DNA of 64,000 nucleotides from the human T2T-CHM13v2.0 reference genome, Homo sapiens (GCF_009914755.1 NC_060925.1), one strand, 5' to 3'; positions 16,120-31,597 are shown, numbered from the stretch's first letter. Numbers and translations: made by a program. Notes: generated from the sequence alone by a model not told the origin.

Positions 16120-17400
16120 TATACTTTTTTTTTCTTTTGAAAGCAGCTTTATCATTTTGCAAAAAAGGATACATATGCTCATTGCAAAAAATTCAGACAA
16201 TATGGAAAAGTTCAAAGAAAAATGTAAAAACCACCTCAGATTTTACCAGCCAGAGATAACCACATAACATTTTGGTGAACGTCCTTCCAGACTTCTCTCC
16301 TTGCATAAATATACACAAATAGATTTCACGTATGCAACTCCACCCTGAGTGAAATCAGACGACACATGCTGTTCTGTCACCTGTTTTTTTCCTCCCCACT
16401 CAGCAATATGTCATGGACATCCTTCATGTCAATTCATACAGATCCACCTCATGGTTTTAATGCCTGTATTATGTGTATGGATATACCAGTATCTGGATAT
16501 ACCTCACTTTACTTACTCAGTCCCCAGCTGATGGAGATATATGTTTTTCCAATTGTCTTGATCCCTGCAATGAACATCTAGGTGCATATATCTTTGCATG
16601 TTTCATTGATTCATTCATGCTACAGATGTTTTTTGAGTGTGTTCTGTGTACCAGCCCAATGCCAGGTACATAGGAAATGTACCAGCCCAATGCCAGGCAT
16701 AGAAATCATGAATAAAACAGACATGGTCAGTCCTGGCTGTGGTGGAGTTTATGATGTAGTGGGGAGACACGGTGTCTGGCCCCTGCCATCAGGAAAGACA
16801 GCAGTTTTTTGCAATGAGCGTGTGTATTAAGCAGTTACACAGATACTTATCCAATTAGCAGTTGATCTGTAGTACGAAGGAGAAGTACACATAGTACGAA
16901 GGAAACGTACAGGCTATGAGAGAATAAAACAAGAGAAGCTAACCTGAGCTTGGGAGTCAGGGAGGGCTTCTCTGAGGAGGTGACATTCAGCTTGAAAGAT
17001 GAGTGGGCAAAAGGCAGAGTCAGGATGAAGAGGAAAGCACTGGTGAGCATGGGAGGGGAACAGCAAGAGGGTTTCACTCAGAAGGAACAGTGTTTTTAAT
17101 TATTAACACACGGGAAATTCCTCAAAATGAAATTGCTGGGTCGGAGGGTAAGCAGATTTTGCATTTTGTCACATATTGTAAACTGCTTCTCACCAAGGTT
17201 TTACATGTGTTCCATCCCGTAAAGGGTATGCCACGAGGTTGTTGTGAAGGTTCAGTAAGAGAGTGAGCGTGGAGGGTTAAGCATAGCGCTGTCACATAGG
17301 CAGTGAGCTGGCCACTGCTGTTGCCATTATTATTATAATTATCTTTGCCAATCTAATCGGTGAAAAATGATATCTCATCTTTGTTTTTAACCAATGTGTC
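16120..17400 (-). mobile_element. Old L1M 3' fragments with nested L2 (about 16600-17050) and MIR
   Basis: taaccacataacattttggtgaacgtccttccagac...catggacatccttcatgtcaat; aaatgaaattgctgggtc...ttgccaatctaatcggtgaaaaatgatatctcat. Confidence 0.6.
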
Positions 17401-17759
17401 TTTTTTTCGACTCCACAGGAAATTGAGCCCTTGAGGGGGAAATGAACCATCTTTCTTTCTTAAGCCACCTTTGTCAGGAACCTTCCTGTGCCCCTTGGGG
17501 AGGCAGGAAATGTCTAGGATCCCTGGCCTGCAGTCCCATCCTCACAGCAAAGCCCCTAGGACTTAGAAATGACTCCAAGTCCCACGTGGCTCTGGGCTTC
17601 CAAAAGCAAGCGCCAATCAGAGAAGGTGGAGAGGAGATGGGAGAATGGTTTGGAACCTGTGTGGGACGGTCGTCCCGTGGAGAGGGGCAGGCAGAGAGGT
17701 GGGGGCCCTGGAGGCAGAGTCCCATGCCATTAGGAGTGCTTGGAGATCCCAGGTGCTCC

Positions 17760-18960
17760 TGAATGATATTAATGCATCTATATGAATATTAATAGCATGG
17801 CCATTAATATTAATGACAATAATAAACAAGTGTGAGGATTATTTTTAAAGAGGGCTGCTGCTCCAGCTGTTGCCTCCCTTCATTAATAAGCTGCTGAGAT
17901 TCTCAGCCATCCTTTCCCCAGACCTCTGGCAAGACTCAGTGGCATCCTCAGGACCTCTGTCTGGGTAGGGGTGAGCCGAAAGAGCATTTTCCCAACATTT
18001 TGGATGGAAGGAGAATCAATGCAGGAAACCCTGAGTTTCCGTCCAAGGAGGTCCGGGCCATGTGAGTGGGCATGGGGCAAAGGAGGGATGAATCGGCTTG
18101 TGTATGGGAGCCAGCTGTGAGGACCCTACTTCCTTCTCTCGCAGGCCTGCGGCCCCAGCCGTCTGCATCCCCAGAGGAGGCTGGGCCAGGAGGGGGTTTG
18201 CAAGGGACCAATCTCTTGCAAAGGTGGTGAGAGGAATTACCCTGCTAAAGTGATCATGAATTATAGAAAGGAAGAGGGGGGAGGAAGGCCCAGAATATCA
18301 TATGTGTAAATAAAACGGAGTGGCGGCCAGACATGAAAGCCAGCCACCAAGCTCTTGCACCCACAGAGCCTCTTCTCCTGTGGACCCACCTCCTGCCAAG
18401 TTCCACCGCAAGTCACTTCCAGCCTCCTTCTTCAAAGGATTTGTTAATAAGTCAATGACGGAACATCTAAAGGGGAAAAATATTTCTCTTTATAGTTGAA
18501 GATAATTGTCCCAGGAAAAAAAGAAAACAACAAACCTTTAATTACAACTCACATGGAGAAAGCTTGATTTGTGGGCAGAGCCCAAATGCTGAGGAGCTGG
18601 ATGTAAAATATTTGTAATATTTAGGGAACCTAGAGTTTTACATAAAAGTAAACAGCATTGCCTGAAGGCACAATTTCCAGCAACACAATAAAATGTGCAG
18701 TGAATTTATGGCGGCCATCCATTAGCTCTTACCAAGGCAACGTCGCCCCTATCTGTCGTCCATCATTATAATAGAGGGTTAATGCACCGAATTTACATAA
18801 AAAAGTCATATTGTCTGCATGAATTATTTACACTTGAAGCTGTTTTTACAGCTTGGTTTCAAGCTGGATTCTGGGAGAGATTCTGCCAGTAAATTACTCT
18901 GTGGAGACCTGGTTCTATAACTGTGCGCAGAGCCGGCAATGAAAAGAAAGGAAAATGGGC
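17760..18960. promoter_or_regulatory. Large repeat-free conserved-element-like enhancer block (probably includes an ultraconserved element of the POU3F1 desert)
   Basis: About 1.2 kb without transposons; AT-rich core 18400-18900 with HOX/CDX motifs (tttacataaaa twice, gaatttatggc, caataaaa) and POU motifs at 17766-17815; position agrees with my recollection of uc.15 about 6 kb downstream of MIR3659. Confidence 0.6.
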
Positions 18961-19658
18961 AGGCCCTGGCGGGTCGTTGGTGCTGACGCCTCTCGGGTGG
19001 GGGCTGGAAGCAGTGGTGGAGGCTTCTGGAGGTGGTTGGATGTTGCTGCAGATGGGACTCTGCCTCTGGGCCTGTGGCTTCCTGGTTGCCACTCAGCTGC
19101 CCGTGTGGCCAAAGTGAGTTCAGGCCCAGAGAACCATAGCAGTCCTCCAGAGGTGTCTGAGGGCTCTTGGTGGCCAAAGTCTAAGGCCTTTTAAGGATCA
19201 GGGGGATCCCTGCAGAGGGAGAGAAGCTGCTGCAAGAGTTGGAGCAGGAACCCAACTCAGCAGTGTGAGCAAGACCCATCATCCCCATTGTACAGATGGG
19301 AAGATGGAGGCCTCAAGAGGCACCTACTCAAGAGGTGGGAAGTCTATTCATCCCAGGTGGGCCTGGGGACTGTGGGAGGTACATGCACTTCAGACCTGGG
19401 GGGTGGGGGGGCTGGCACGGAGCATCTTTGGGACACACAGAGAAAGAGAGTCTCCATGCCACGCATCTCAGCCCTTATTGTTTTCCGGGACCTTTCCTTA
19501 ACTGATGGCAGTTTTAGTGGTTGGGCTGGCGTGGGATGCACTGATGTGTGCCACTGGGTTCTTAAATCTCTCGAGGTATGGGGTACTGGGGAGAACTGCT
19601 CATGTTTCCAGGTGATGTGGAGTTATGGGGAGCTGGTCATGCAGTGGAAAGACCTGGA

Positions 19659-19661
19659 TTT

Positions 19662-19708
<47 letters not shown>

Positions 19709-19987
19709 TTTTTGAGATGGAGTCTTGCTCTGTCGCCCAGGCTGGGGTGCAGTGATGCCATCTCGGCACACCACAACCTCTGCCTCCTGGGTTCAAGTGA
19801 TTCTCCTGCCTCAGCCTCCTGAGTACCTGGGATTACAGGTGTGCACCATCATGCCTGGCTAATTTTTGTATTTTTAGTAGAGATGGGGTTTCGCCATGTT
19901 GGCCAGGCTGGTCTCAAACTCCTGGCCTCAAATGATCTGTCCACCTCGGCCTCCCAAAGTGCTGGGATTACAGGTGTGAGCCACTGC
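19659..19987 (-). mobile_element. Alu (AluS) with (TTTA)n tail, inserted in a MIR
   Basis: TSD cct(g/a)gattttta; MIR core resumes at 20000-20110. Confidence 0.95.
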
Positions 19988-20939
19988 CTAGATTTTTAAT
20001 CAAGTGTCAGCTGTGTGGCCCTGGGTACGCTTTGGGCCCTCAGTTTCCTCATCTGTAAAATGGGATTTCTAATCTTAACCCTCCTAGACTGTCCCAAAGG
20101 AATGGTGAGAGGCACCAATGGGATACAATACTCGGAAGGTGTCTGGTGTGTTAGAAGCAAGGCCACAGGTGACAGGGTTGGCAGAGGGAAGTGCTGAGGC
20201 CTGGGCTGATAGAGGAACTTGAAAAGAAGAGAGTGAAATGGACACAGAGAGACAAGGCTAGATAATCAGACACAGAGAGGTGAAAGAATCATAGAGACAG
20301 AGAGAGAGCGAGAGACAAAGAGCAAACCCACAGAAACAGAGAGAGAGAGAGAGAGAGAGATGGGGGTGGTGTGGGGAAGAGGCTGTGTTCCAGGAGAAAG
20401 AAGTCAGAGGCAAGGTCAAGCTGCTTAAGGCTCCAACTGCCTGGAGTCCTGTGGATGCCTTTCTGGCCAGTGAAGAGGTTGGCAGGGCAGGGCCCACCGT
20501 GGGGCCCGTGCCACCCCTTGCCTGGACCCTCTCCCTCCTTCCAGGCCAAGAAGTGCCTGGGCTCCTCTCTGGCCTGGGGGTTCCTGCCTCTTCTCCCTTT
20601 GCTTTCCTTACAGCACAAGGAGGCCAGAGCCGGATGCCAGCGCCCTTCCTCCCCCATCCCGCAGCACCTGGGATGGGCGTGTGCTCGTCGCTGTCGCCGT
20701 GCTCTCGTCTCCCACTCCTGGAGCAGCCACAGCAGGTCCCAGGGGCCTGGAGACAACAAATGGCTCCCTGCTGATGGGCTGCTTGCCGCCTCCTGTCTGC
20801 CAGCCAGTCCTGCTGCACACCGGCAGATAATCAAGTAGGGCAGGGGAACCTCTCCTGCCCACGGTGGTGTGATTTAAACCTGAACTTTGCTTTCTTTCAT
20901 TCCCTGGAGAAACAGGATTTAGATTGTAAATCTCTTTCT

Positions 20940-21870
20940 TCCTGAGAACATGCGCATACACCCAGGTGCACACACACTTGCATAAACACATAAAGGTGTT
21001 CACACACTGCAAACTTGAATACTTACACGCAAACATGTCCACCCGTTTCCACACCACACATGTAAGCAATCACGCACGATGCATCTGCATGTGCAAACAG
21101 CTCACGGCCACAGGTAAGGGCAGGAGGAAAATTTGTCAGTGGCTGGAACGGCTGTGATGTGTGGGGTGGGTGGAAGCTGGTGAAGTGGACAAGGGATGCT
21201 GAAATTGCAAGAAACTCTCTAGACCTCACCCCGCCTTGTTACATGGGAGAGGAATGAGGTTTGTGCTGTTGCATGAACATGTGTGCCTCTGTGTGTGTCC
21301 CTGTGTGCAAGCGTGTGTGTGTGTTTCTGTGAGTGTTTTGCAAGCGTAAGTGTCTTTGTTGAGTGCTGAGGTTGACAGTCTATGGATGGGGTAGTGTGTG
21401 CTGCATCGTGCTGGCCTTGGGACTGGACTCAGGACCAGACTGGTGTCCATAGTGCCATGGCCATGCTGTAGGCCTCGGGCAGGCTGTCGCTTTTCTCCGG
21501 GCTCCAGCTTCTGCTGGTTCCCCAGGGTTCTGCCAGTTCTGACTGTCTAGTTTCTCTGTGTGACCTTGAGGGTGTGTTTCTCCAAGGCTTGAATGAGCCG
21601 GGCTTGGGGTGTGCGTGTGTGTTTGGTGAGCATTTGCGTGTTTATGCTGGGTATGTTTGTGTGCATGTTCATGTGTCGATGTGTTGTAGGTGTTTGTGCA
21701 TGTGTTTTTGCCTGCATGTGGGCGTATTTGTATGTTCAGGTGAGTGTACTTACAGCAGCGAGGATGCCATGCACCTGTGTTTGTATTGTGAGTCTGTGTA
21801 GAGTCTGGCGTGAGCGTGTGTGACAGTGAGCTTGGGAGGTGATCTGTGGGTGTGTGTTTGCCTAGTGGGA
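20940..21870. repeat. CA-rich (20940-21110) and TG-rich (21270-21870) low-complexity tracts
   Basis: Degenerate alternating purine-pyrimidine sequence. Confidence 0.75.
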
Positions 21871-21959
21871 GGATTTGTGAGGGTGGATATGGGAGGCTCC
21901 CCGTTCTTACTCCTCTGCTTTCATCTTCTCCGTAACATTGATCACCATTGGACACACTG

Positions 21960-22135
21960 GGTATTAGTAGTTACTTCTTTGTTTATGGTTTCTCTCCTGA
22001 AAGCTAGAATGCAAACCCCATGAGGGTAGGAGTTTTACCTGTTTTGTTCATGGCTGTATCCCCACTATTACAACAGTCCCTGGCACATGATGGTGTAGCT
22101 GATGTCCAAGAACATTCACTGAATGAATGAATGAA
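21960..22135 (+). mobile_element. L2 3' end
   Basis: ctagaatgcaaaccccatgagggtagg...gttcatggctgtatcccc...aacagtccctggcacat...tgaatgaatgaatgaat. Confidence 0.85.
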
Positions 22136-22220
22136 TAACTTAATCATCTCCTTCAAGAGTTCCCTTAAGTGTCACTCTTAATTAGTGTTGACCTCCACTT
22201 AAAATTTCTGCCTGCCCCAG

Positions 22221-22866
<646 letters not shown>

Positions 22867-23145
22867 TTTGTTTATTTATTATGTACTATCCTAAGTTTTT
22901 AAAATTGTTAGTATCCCTGTTAGAATGAAAGCCCTCACAAAGAGTGGAACCTTTGTTCAGTTTGTCCACTGATGTCTTTCGGGTGCCTGGAACAGTGCCT
23001 GGCAGCTGGCAGGTGCTTAATTGATATTTACTGAGTGGATGGATGGGCTTCTGTGTGTCATGCGGGCATGAGTGGGCTTTTGAAGTGTTTTCTGTGAATG
23101 TGTTTATAAAGTGTGTTTGTGGGTGTGTGATAGTCAAGGACTGCA

Positions 23146-23470
<325 letters not shown>

Positions 23471-24799
23471 TAATGATGTGGGTGACTGTGTTTGATGATG
23501 TGGGTAACTGTGTACTTTGAGGCCCGAGGGCAAGTCTCTGATAGAGCTTTCAGGTTTGGGGCATCCTGCTTGGGTATTGTCAAAGATTTGCAAACAGACC
23601 CATGAATGGCTTCCCTAGGAATGTCTAGGAATCTTTTCCTTGGTGGGCTGCAAACCTGGTGGCCACAGGCCTGAGCCCTGTCCCTGGCAGCCTCCTGGGT
23701 CCACCCCTTCCTTTGCCTGTGGGCACATCTGGGCCTCATGCTTAGGGAATTCCCTCACCCTATAGCACAGTCTGAGCCCTGGGCTGGGAGGCATCAGGAG
23801 AAGGGCAAAGGCTGTAGTCAGTGCTGGAGGACAGCCACATGAGCAGCAGCTGGCCTCAGCACCTGGACAGTCTGGGAAGAGGGGCCTTGGGGTGCCACTT
23901 GGACAGGGGGTAATCCTGGCACCAGGGATTCAGGAGGCAGTGGTCAGTTCAGAGGCATCAGGGTTTGGTGGCAGGTGGCTAAGCCCTGATGAGGGGTTGG
24001 GAAAGAGGGTCCAAGCTGGCCCTATGCTTGGGCTGTGGGGGCATCGGGGGCCCAGGCATCAAAGAGTTTATGGTGTGATGTGGGCTTGGGGGCCAACATG
24101 AAAAGCCCACTGTTTCAGTCTTCAGGGAGTGGTGGGGTCTGTGCCTCAGTCCAGTCCCATTTAATATGAAGGTGGTGGGCACAGAGCGGCTGGGAGGTGG
24201 GGTGAGGGGAGGCCACCCTGTGGATGACAGTGTCAGGACCTAGAAGGCACTCAACCAAGTGAAACTTTGGGCTGAGGCTGAAAGACACATGCAGCAAGGC
24301 CAGAGACAATATGCCCCCTTAGGCCAGCATTTAGGAAATATTCTCTAATGCGTGAGTGTGGTGGTCAGGGTCAGACAGCTGCACTCAGCTTTCACAATCT
24401 CCAGCTGTGTGACCTTGGGAGGGTTATGTAACCTCTCTGAACCTCAGTTTCCTGACAGGCACAATGCAGATACTTTAAAAAAAATTTCATAGTGAGATTG
24501 GAAGGATCAAGCTGTCATTACTACTGTTATTCTTGTTATTTAAAAAGCTGTACAGGTCCAGGAAGGAAGGACTGTCTTGACAGGAATTCAGACAAAAAAA
24601 GATCCAGGGTTTTGGCCGATCTCAAATTAGTATGAGGGTCTAATATGGATGGTGAGATCTGTGACATACAAAAGAAGGCAGTGATCCCTGAAGCCAACAT
24701 GGGTTCACCAAGACCGGGCACAGCTCTTAGGTTCTTGACAGCTTAATGACTCGTGGGTAAAGAAAACGAGCCAGCATGGGTGGAGAGGAATCTGTGATT

Positions 24800-25000
24800 T
24801 ATTGAGCACCAACTGTGTGCTGGATACTTCACACGCATGGTTTTATTTAATCCTCACAAGCTTGTGGATTAAACAAGACGTGACAATCTCCATTTTACTG
24901 ATGAGAAACTGAGTCTCCGGGAAGTGACTTGCCCAAGGTGGGTGGAGCTGGGATTCAAACCTGGGTCTGTCTGACCCTTTCTGCCATATCACACTGTCTC
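24800..25000 (-). mobile_element. MIR
   Basis: tttattgagcacc...tttaatcctcacaa...ccattttactgatgagaaactgag...gtgacttgcccaagg...gagctgggattcaaacctgggtctgtctgac. Confidence 0.85.
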
Positions 25001-26519
25001 CTAAGATGTTGGGTAGAGTCTCTCGTGACTTTTGAGGACATGAAGGATGTCTGAGAGGGCGCAAAGAGGGCTCCCATTGGGCCAAACAACAGCCATGAAA
25101 TGTTCACGTAAGTGTAACCAGGTCAGTCTACAGAAGGCCTCTAGACACTGCCATGGGGCTGTCCACCCTGCTTTGATCAGTCTATGCCAAGGACCTATAA
25201 GAAGACATGGAGGATACAGACTTATAAAAGGTGGAGTGGTAGAAAGCTCCAAGGGACAGAGAAAACCTCAGCAGAATCAGGATTTAGAAAGATCTCGACA
25301 GACTGGCGTGGCAAGGTGAATTTAGCTGAGGAAATATCACAGGGAAAAAGGCTGAGGCCCATCTTGACTACAGGAAAAATTGTAGAAGGGATGGGCAGCT
25401 CATGAGAAAGATTTAGAAGCTCAAGTGCCAGTAAGTTCAGCATGAGTCAGTAGGCTACATTAATAGAAGTATGGTGTTTGGGACAAGGGAGGGGGGCCTC
25501 TCTCTAGCCTCAGTTTACTCTCTGCCCTGGGGCAGTTTGTACTGCAGGTATTTGAAGGTCATGTGCTATTTTCTGTTTTTCCAGTTCTCTCCCTTTCTTT
25601 TCAAGTTATTAGGGGAGGCAGAGTCCTTCTGGAGTTTGACCCTTGGATTCCATCCAGAGCAGCCTCCAAAATGACACCTTTGAAGGTGGGAAAGACACTG
25701 CATATTCTCTGGGTTTTTGTTTGAGGTCTGTCTTGGATTTGTTCTTTATGCCCAATTACCCTAAGTCAAGGGAGAAGAAAGTGCTGGTCTCTGAATGTTC
25801 TGGAACGGGGAGAGCTCCTGGTTCCCTAGTTCCTACTGGCCAGGTGTATCCATTCCTTTTCCAGCTGTCTCCTTCCCTTCTTAGAGCCCTTTTTCTGGTG
25901 GTCAGTGGCTTGCCAGGGCCTGGCCAGGCTGGTTCTCCTATGCTGGAGGAGGGGCAACAGGAGGGAGCCTTGCAGCTGCTCACATTGGGGCTGGATCTCT
26001 GCTTAAGCTGGGATGTCACCTGCCAAGCTGAATTCGGCACAGGAAGCTCCTGGCTGGAAGACGCGCTGTTTAATTTGGAGATTCTGTTCCACTCTGAAAT
26101 GTGCTTCTCCTGGCAGCTGCAATGAAGTGAAGCTGTTGAGCTTCCCTCTCTTATGCCAGAATCACAGCCACTTTTTCCTGAGAAAGAAACAGAGCTACAG
26201 ACAGTTTTACTCATTAAATACTTTTTTTCCCCTTAAATCTGTTTTTGTAATTTTTTTTTTTTTGCGTGAACGGAAAAGTAAAACGGGTGATATTGAAATA
26301 AACAAGGCATTTGTGATGGGAAGGTTAAAGCAGATTGTTGGGGGTGGGGAAGGGGGTTGGAAATGCCCCATGTGTCTGTATGCAGGCTGCTCGTAGCCTG
26401 TTGAGGATGAGAGTGAGAGAAAGTATTCATGAGGCTGCCCCTCTCCCAGCCCAGAGGAGTCAATTTCTCCAAGTGTCCTGGGCTTCAGTGAGAAAGGCAG
26501 TGGAGAAGGGAGCTCTCGT

Positions 26520-26712
26520 TTATTAAGGGCCCACCAAGTGCTACGCCTGTAATATGGGTGAGCTCATTCAGTCCTTATGGCAACCCTGGGTGGTAGGAGC
26601 TATTTTACAGATAAGGAAGGTTGAGGCTCAGATGACTTAAGGTCAACCCTGCAGGGCATACAGAGCTGGGATTTGAACCTCCATCTGTCTGACCTCTGAT
26701 GCCGTGCTGTTT
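26520..26712 (-). mobile_element. MIR
   Basis: attttacagataaggaaggttgaggctcaga...cagagctgggatttgaacctccatctgtctgactc. Confidence 0.85.
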
Positions 26713-27439
26713 TTGGCTATACTTTGCTACCCTGAGCAGTTGTGTATCGAGCTGGGGGATGTAAAGGGAGGAGAAGAAAGAAGATGAAGAGATACCAGCC
26801 AGCCTTAAGGAGTGGACATCCTGCCTGGTGAAACTGAACAAGACACCTACCGCATGTGAGTGAACCAAGCCCTAGTTGCTGGGCTCCGACAAACATGGCT
26901 GGTTTGGGGAAGGGTATGTAAGAGTGGGTGTGGAGGGTTTTGGCCTGATAATGAAGGTAGGCTTCTTGGAGGTAGAGGACCCTGGAAGTTGAGTGGAGTT
27001 GAGGGAACAGCCTGGCAACATCCTGGGCCAAGGCAGGCAAGGTGTGAGTATGGCTCTGGTGAGAGGAGGTAAGTCTGAGTCGGGTAGTGATGGTTGTGGT
27101 GAGAATATCCATGTTGGCAGAGGAGGATCAGGTTGGAAGATGTAGTGCAAAGAAAGAGCCCTGAGCTGGGAAGCAGGTGCCCAGTTCTTGTCCTGGCTCT
27201 GCCATTGAGTTGCTGTGTGATCTTGGGCTAGTCCTCTTCCCTCTTTGGGTGTCCAATTTTCTGTCTGTAAAATGGTAGAGTTGGATTACAGGATCCCTAG
27301 AGACCTTTGCAGGGTCCTAAGGAGAAAGAAGGTGACTATAATATCCAGAGGACCTTGAATATCAAGACTTGGCATTAGAATCATGAAATGTTAGGACTAA
27401 AAAGATCTCCAGGAATCATCTACTTAAACTATCTTCCTT

Positions 27440-28500
<1,061 letters not shown>

Positions 28501-28796
28501 GGATACTGCTTTTCCGTAGCTGTCAGCCTAGAGGGGCATTCAGAAAGTTCTTCTATACACTGAATATTGAGCAGCTGAACTTTTACCCATTGGCCTTCTT
28601 CTGCCCTTCAGGACTTCACTGGCGTCTACCCTCCTTCAGAGATTAGAGATCAGTGATTGTGGTTCCTTGCATCATCTTTGTTTCTGGGAACATGGAGCTG
28701 TGGAGGGAATGTGGACTTTAGAAAATTATAAAGGCATGGATTTTAGCCCAAGCACCTTTTGTATGATCTCATTTGTTAAGTGGGTTTAACGACAAC

Positions 28797-29109
28797 TTTT
28801 GTTTTTGTTTTTGTTTTTTTTTCAGATGGAGTTTCGCTCTGTCGCCCAGGCTGGAGTGCAGTGGTGCCATCTCGGCTCACCGCAACCTCCACCTCCAGGT
28901 TCAAGTGATTCTCCTGCCTCAGCCTCTCAAGTAGCTGGGATTACAGGTGTGTGCCAGCATACCCAGCTATTTTTTTTTTTTTTGTATTTTTAAAGAGACA
29001 GGATTTCATCATATTGGCCAGGCTGGTCTCAAACTCCTGGCCTCACTGATCTGCCCATCTCGGCCTCCCAAAGTGCTGGGATTACAGGCATGAGCCACCA
29101 CACCTGGCC
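28797..29109 (-). mobile_element. Alu (AluS)
   Basis: Full antisense Alu. Confidence 0.95.
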
Positions 29110-29130
29110 TAACAACACCTCTGTTACTGA

Positions 29131-29360
29131 CAGTAGAGTGCTGGAGTGGGTTCCTACTGGCTAACAGAACCCACTGGAGTGGGTTCCTACTGGCAAACGT
29201 TTGGGCATCTCTTCCCAATTCTGCATGCATTGACATCCCATTGGTAGCTTGAAATTGACCATCGTGGGAGTATTTACACCACAGAAATTGGCAAATGCTA
29301 CAAATCAGGACTCCTTTTTTCTTTCAAAAAGCTGGTTGGTAAGTATTTACCAGCTAACAG
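29131..29360. mobile_element. MER63-like hAT MITE with a local duplication of ctggagtgggttcctactggc
   Basis: ttggtagcttgaaattgaccatcgtgggagtatttacaccacagaaattggcaaatgctacaaatcagg...gtaagtatttaccagc. Confidence 0.7.
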
Positions 29361-30729
29361 TAAATATTTATGGCATATAGAGTTGTGGTTTGGATGATGG
29401 ACGTAGAGCACCTGGCACATGGTACCCAGATATACACATATTGCTTAGCACAGTGGGTACCTAAGTGTGACTACCTTTTCCTTTGATGTTTCCTCTCTAT
29501 GGGAATACTGTTGCTTCATTTGCTCACAATAACAACCTCCCTTCCACCAGGGCCTGCTCCTCTCTTTTCTCAAACAACATGGTCCCAAGTGAAGCTGCCA
29601 TCTTCTTACTCCTCTTGGCCTCCATAATGGGGTAGAGTTAAAAGGATGGGGATTTTGGAGTCTCATGAGACTAAATTTGAATCTTGGCTTTGCCTCCTAC
29701 TAGCTGTGTAATGACCCTGGGCAAGAAATTTAATCACTCTGAGCCTCAATTAAGTCACCTGTAAACTGGGGATGGGCATGCCTCCCTCATTAAGTTGTTG
29801 TAAAGATGAAATGAGGTAATGGGTACATGAGGGCCTGGCATTGAGGCGGCAGTTTCAGTGAGAGCTTGACCCATGCTGGTCTCCTTCCCCTGAAAAGTCC
29901 AGTGTGGACTTGGGAAACAGCTCTGATGATGGGGTGGGGGGTGGGAGAGGGAGGAACTGGGGCTGCAGCCTTGGGAAGGATGGTTTCTGGTGGAACATGT
30001 AGGTCGAGAGAGGCTGTGGGCCATAGGACCTTCCAAATGTATTCTGAGTGCAGTGGAGGGGAACTCCCCTGGCCACAGTTCATGCTTCCAGGGCCCTCAC
30101 CTGCAGATCTGCAGATAAACTCCTATCATCAGCTTGGCTCGTGCGTTTCTGGGGCGGCTGTGGCAGCCTGGGCTGCCCTGATTTACCACCCCAGCCCCAA
30201 GCAGATTAAATCACCCAGAGTCATTTGAATTTTACTTGGCCTTGTCACACAAATCTTAGAAACTGCTGTCTGGCAAGAAAACTTTCCCTGTACTTTTTGG
30301 AGGAAAACTAAGAGCTCTAGAAATTGAGGTGAAGTGGAAAAAGGAGGTGGTTCCAGGGGGGTTTCTGCATCTTCAGATCAGACCAATGTTGCAGGTTAGA
30401 GGAGGGATTGTGGTGTGTGTGTGTGTTTGTGTGTGTGTGTATGCAATTGCTGCAGAGGCCTCTGGGACAATGTTGTTTCTGGCTGTGTGACATAGGGCAA
30501 ATCACTTAACCCCTCTGAGTCTCACAGGACTGTGGTGAAGGTCAAAGGGGCTAGCTTGTGGAAAGCATTTTGTAGGCTTCAATCAGTTCTGTGACTACTA
30601 ATTGGAAAGATGAGACAAATGACTACATAAATAAATTATATATGGCAGTGGTTACTATGCGTCAAGCAGAGTAAGAGCTCTAGGAGCCAAATGGAGGGGC
30701 ACATTGCCAGAGGTCTGGGGCTTGACTTG

Positions 30730-31240
30730 GGCCTTAAAGGAAGCCTAAGTCCCAGGGAAGAGAAGTGGAAGAGGCTGTAGTGCAAGTGAGGTTGTCGACG
30801 CCACCTCTGTCTCCATCAGTGTGTGTGGCTCTGAGGTGGATCCTGATTGGTTTAGCCAATTCAGATAATGCCCCCTTCTCTGACCTTGGCACATTGGCTG
30901 GTTCCAAACCAACCATACATACATTCTCCTAGTCACTGGAATTGATTCAGATTGGCCCCATCAGACAGAAACTCGGGGTTTTGGTGAGATGGCTGGGGAA
31001 GCACGTCTAATCTCTTTGTATCTGGATTTGAATGAGGAAACATGTGGGCCTAGTTTCTGGCAGGCATCTGGTGACTAGGAACACTAACCTGAGAATGTAG
31101 CCAACATATGGAGGTGGGAAGAACCTGGAAAATCACAGAAAAATGGAGTCCCAGCCCCAGTCAAACTATGCCTGATGTTTGTTGCATCTGGAGTATTACA
31201 TGAACTAATCAATCTGCTTTATTAGGCCAGTTTGGATACA
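30730..31240 (+). mobile_element. ERVL-type solo LTR (LTR33/LTR16-like)
   Basis: cctgattggtttagccaattc, attggctgg, aacctgagaatgtagccaac, tacatgaactaatcaatc...ttaggccagtttgg. Confidence 0.55.
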
Positions 31241-31563
31241 GGGGCTGATACGGGGGCTGATGGAGGGATCTGAGTAGGGAGCCGAGAGTCTACTTGGTGT
31301 TAGGCAGCCATGAATGAGGAGACCCTGTAGGCGGGAGTAAAGGGTGGGTGAGGGTGCGTAGTGGGGTGAGGGTGGCTGAGGTCTATAGGAAATGAGACTA
31401 GAAGAAAGTCTGGGATTGAATAATGGAATGACTCAAATGCAAGGTTAAGAATTTGGGCTTGATTTTGTAGGCAATGGGGTGTAGCTTCAGATTTGTGAGC
31501 AGAGGAAGGGAAAGGATAAGTGATGTGAACACAGTGATATTTTGGGAAGATCAACGTAAGAGT

Positions 31564-31597
<34 letters not shown>

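Noticed and set aside
20940-21870. CA-rich tract facing a TG-rich tract as a long fold-back
   Set aside because: Complementarity is only low-complexity, with no specific extended inverted repeat
23856-23870. RE1/REST-like tcagcacc-t-ggacag
   Set aside because: Spacer is 1 bp instead of the canonical 2 bp and the 3' flank is poor; unsupported without ChIP
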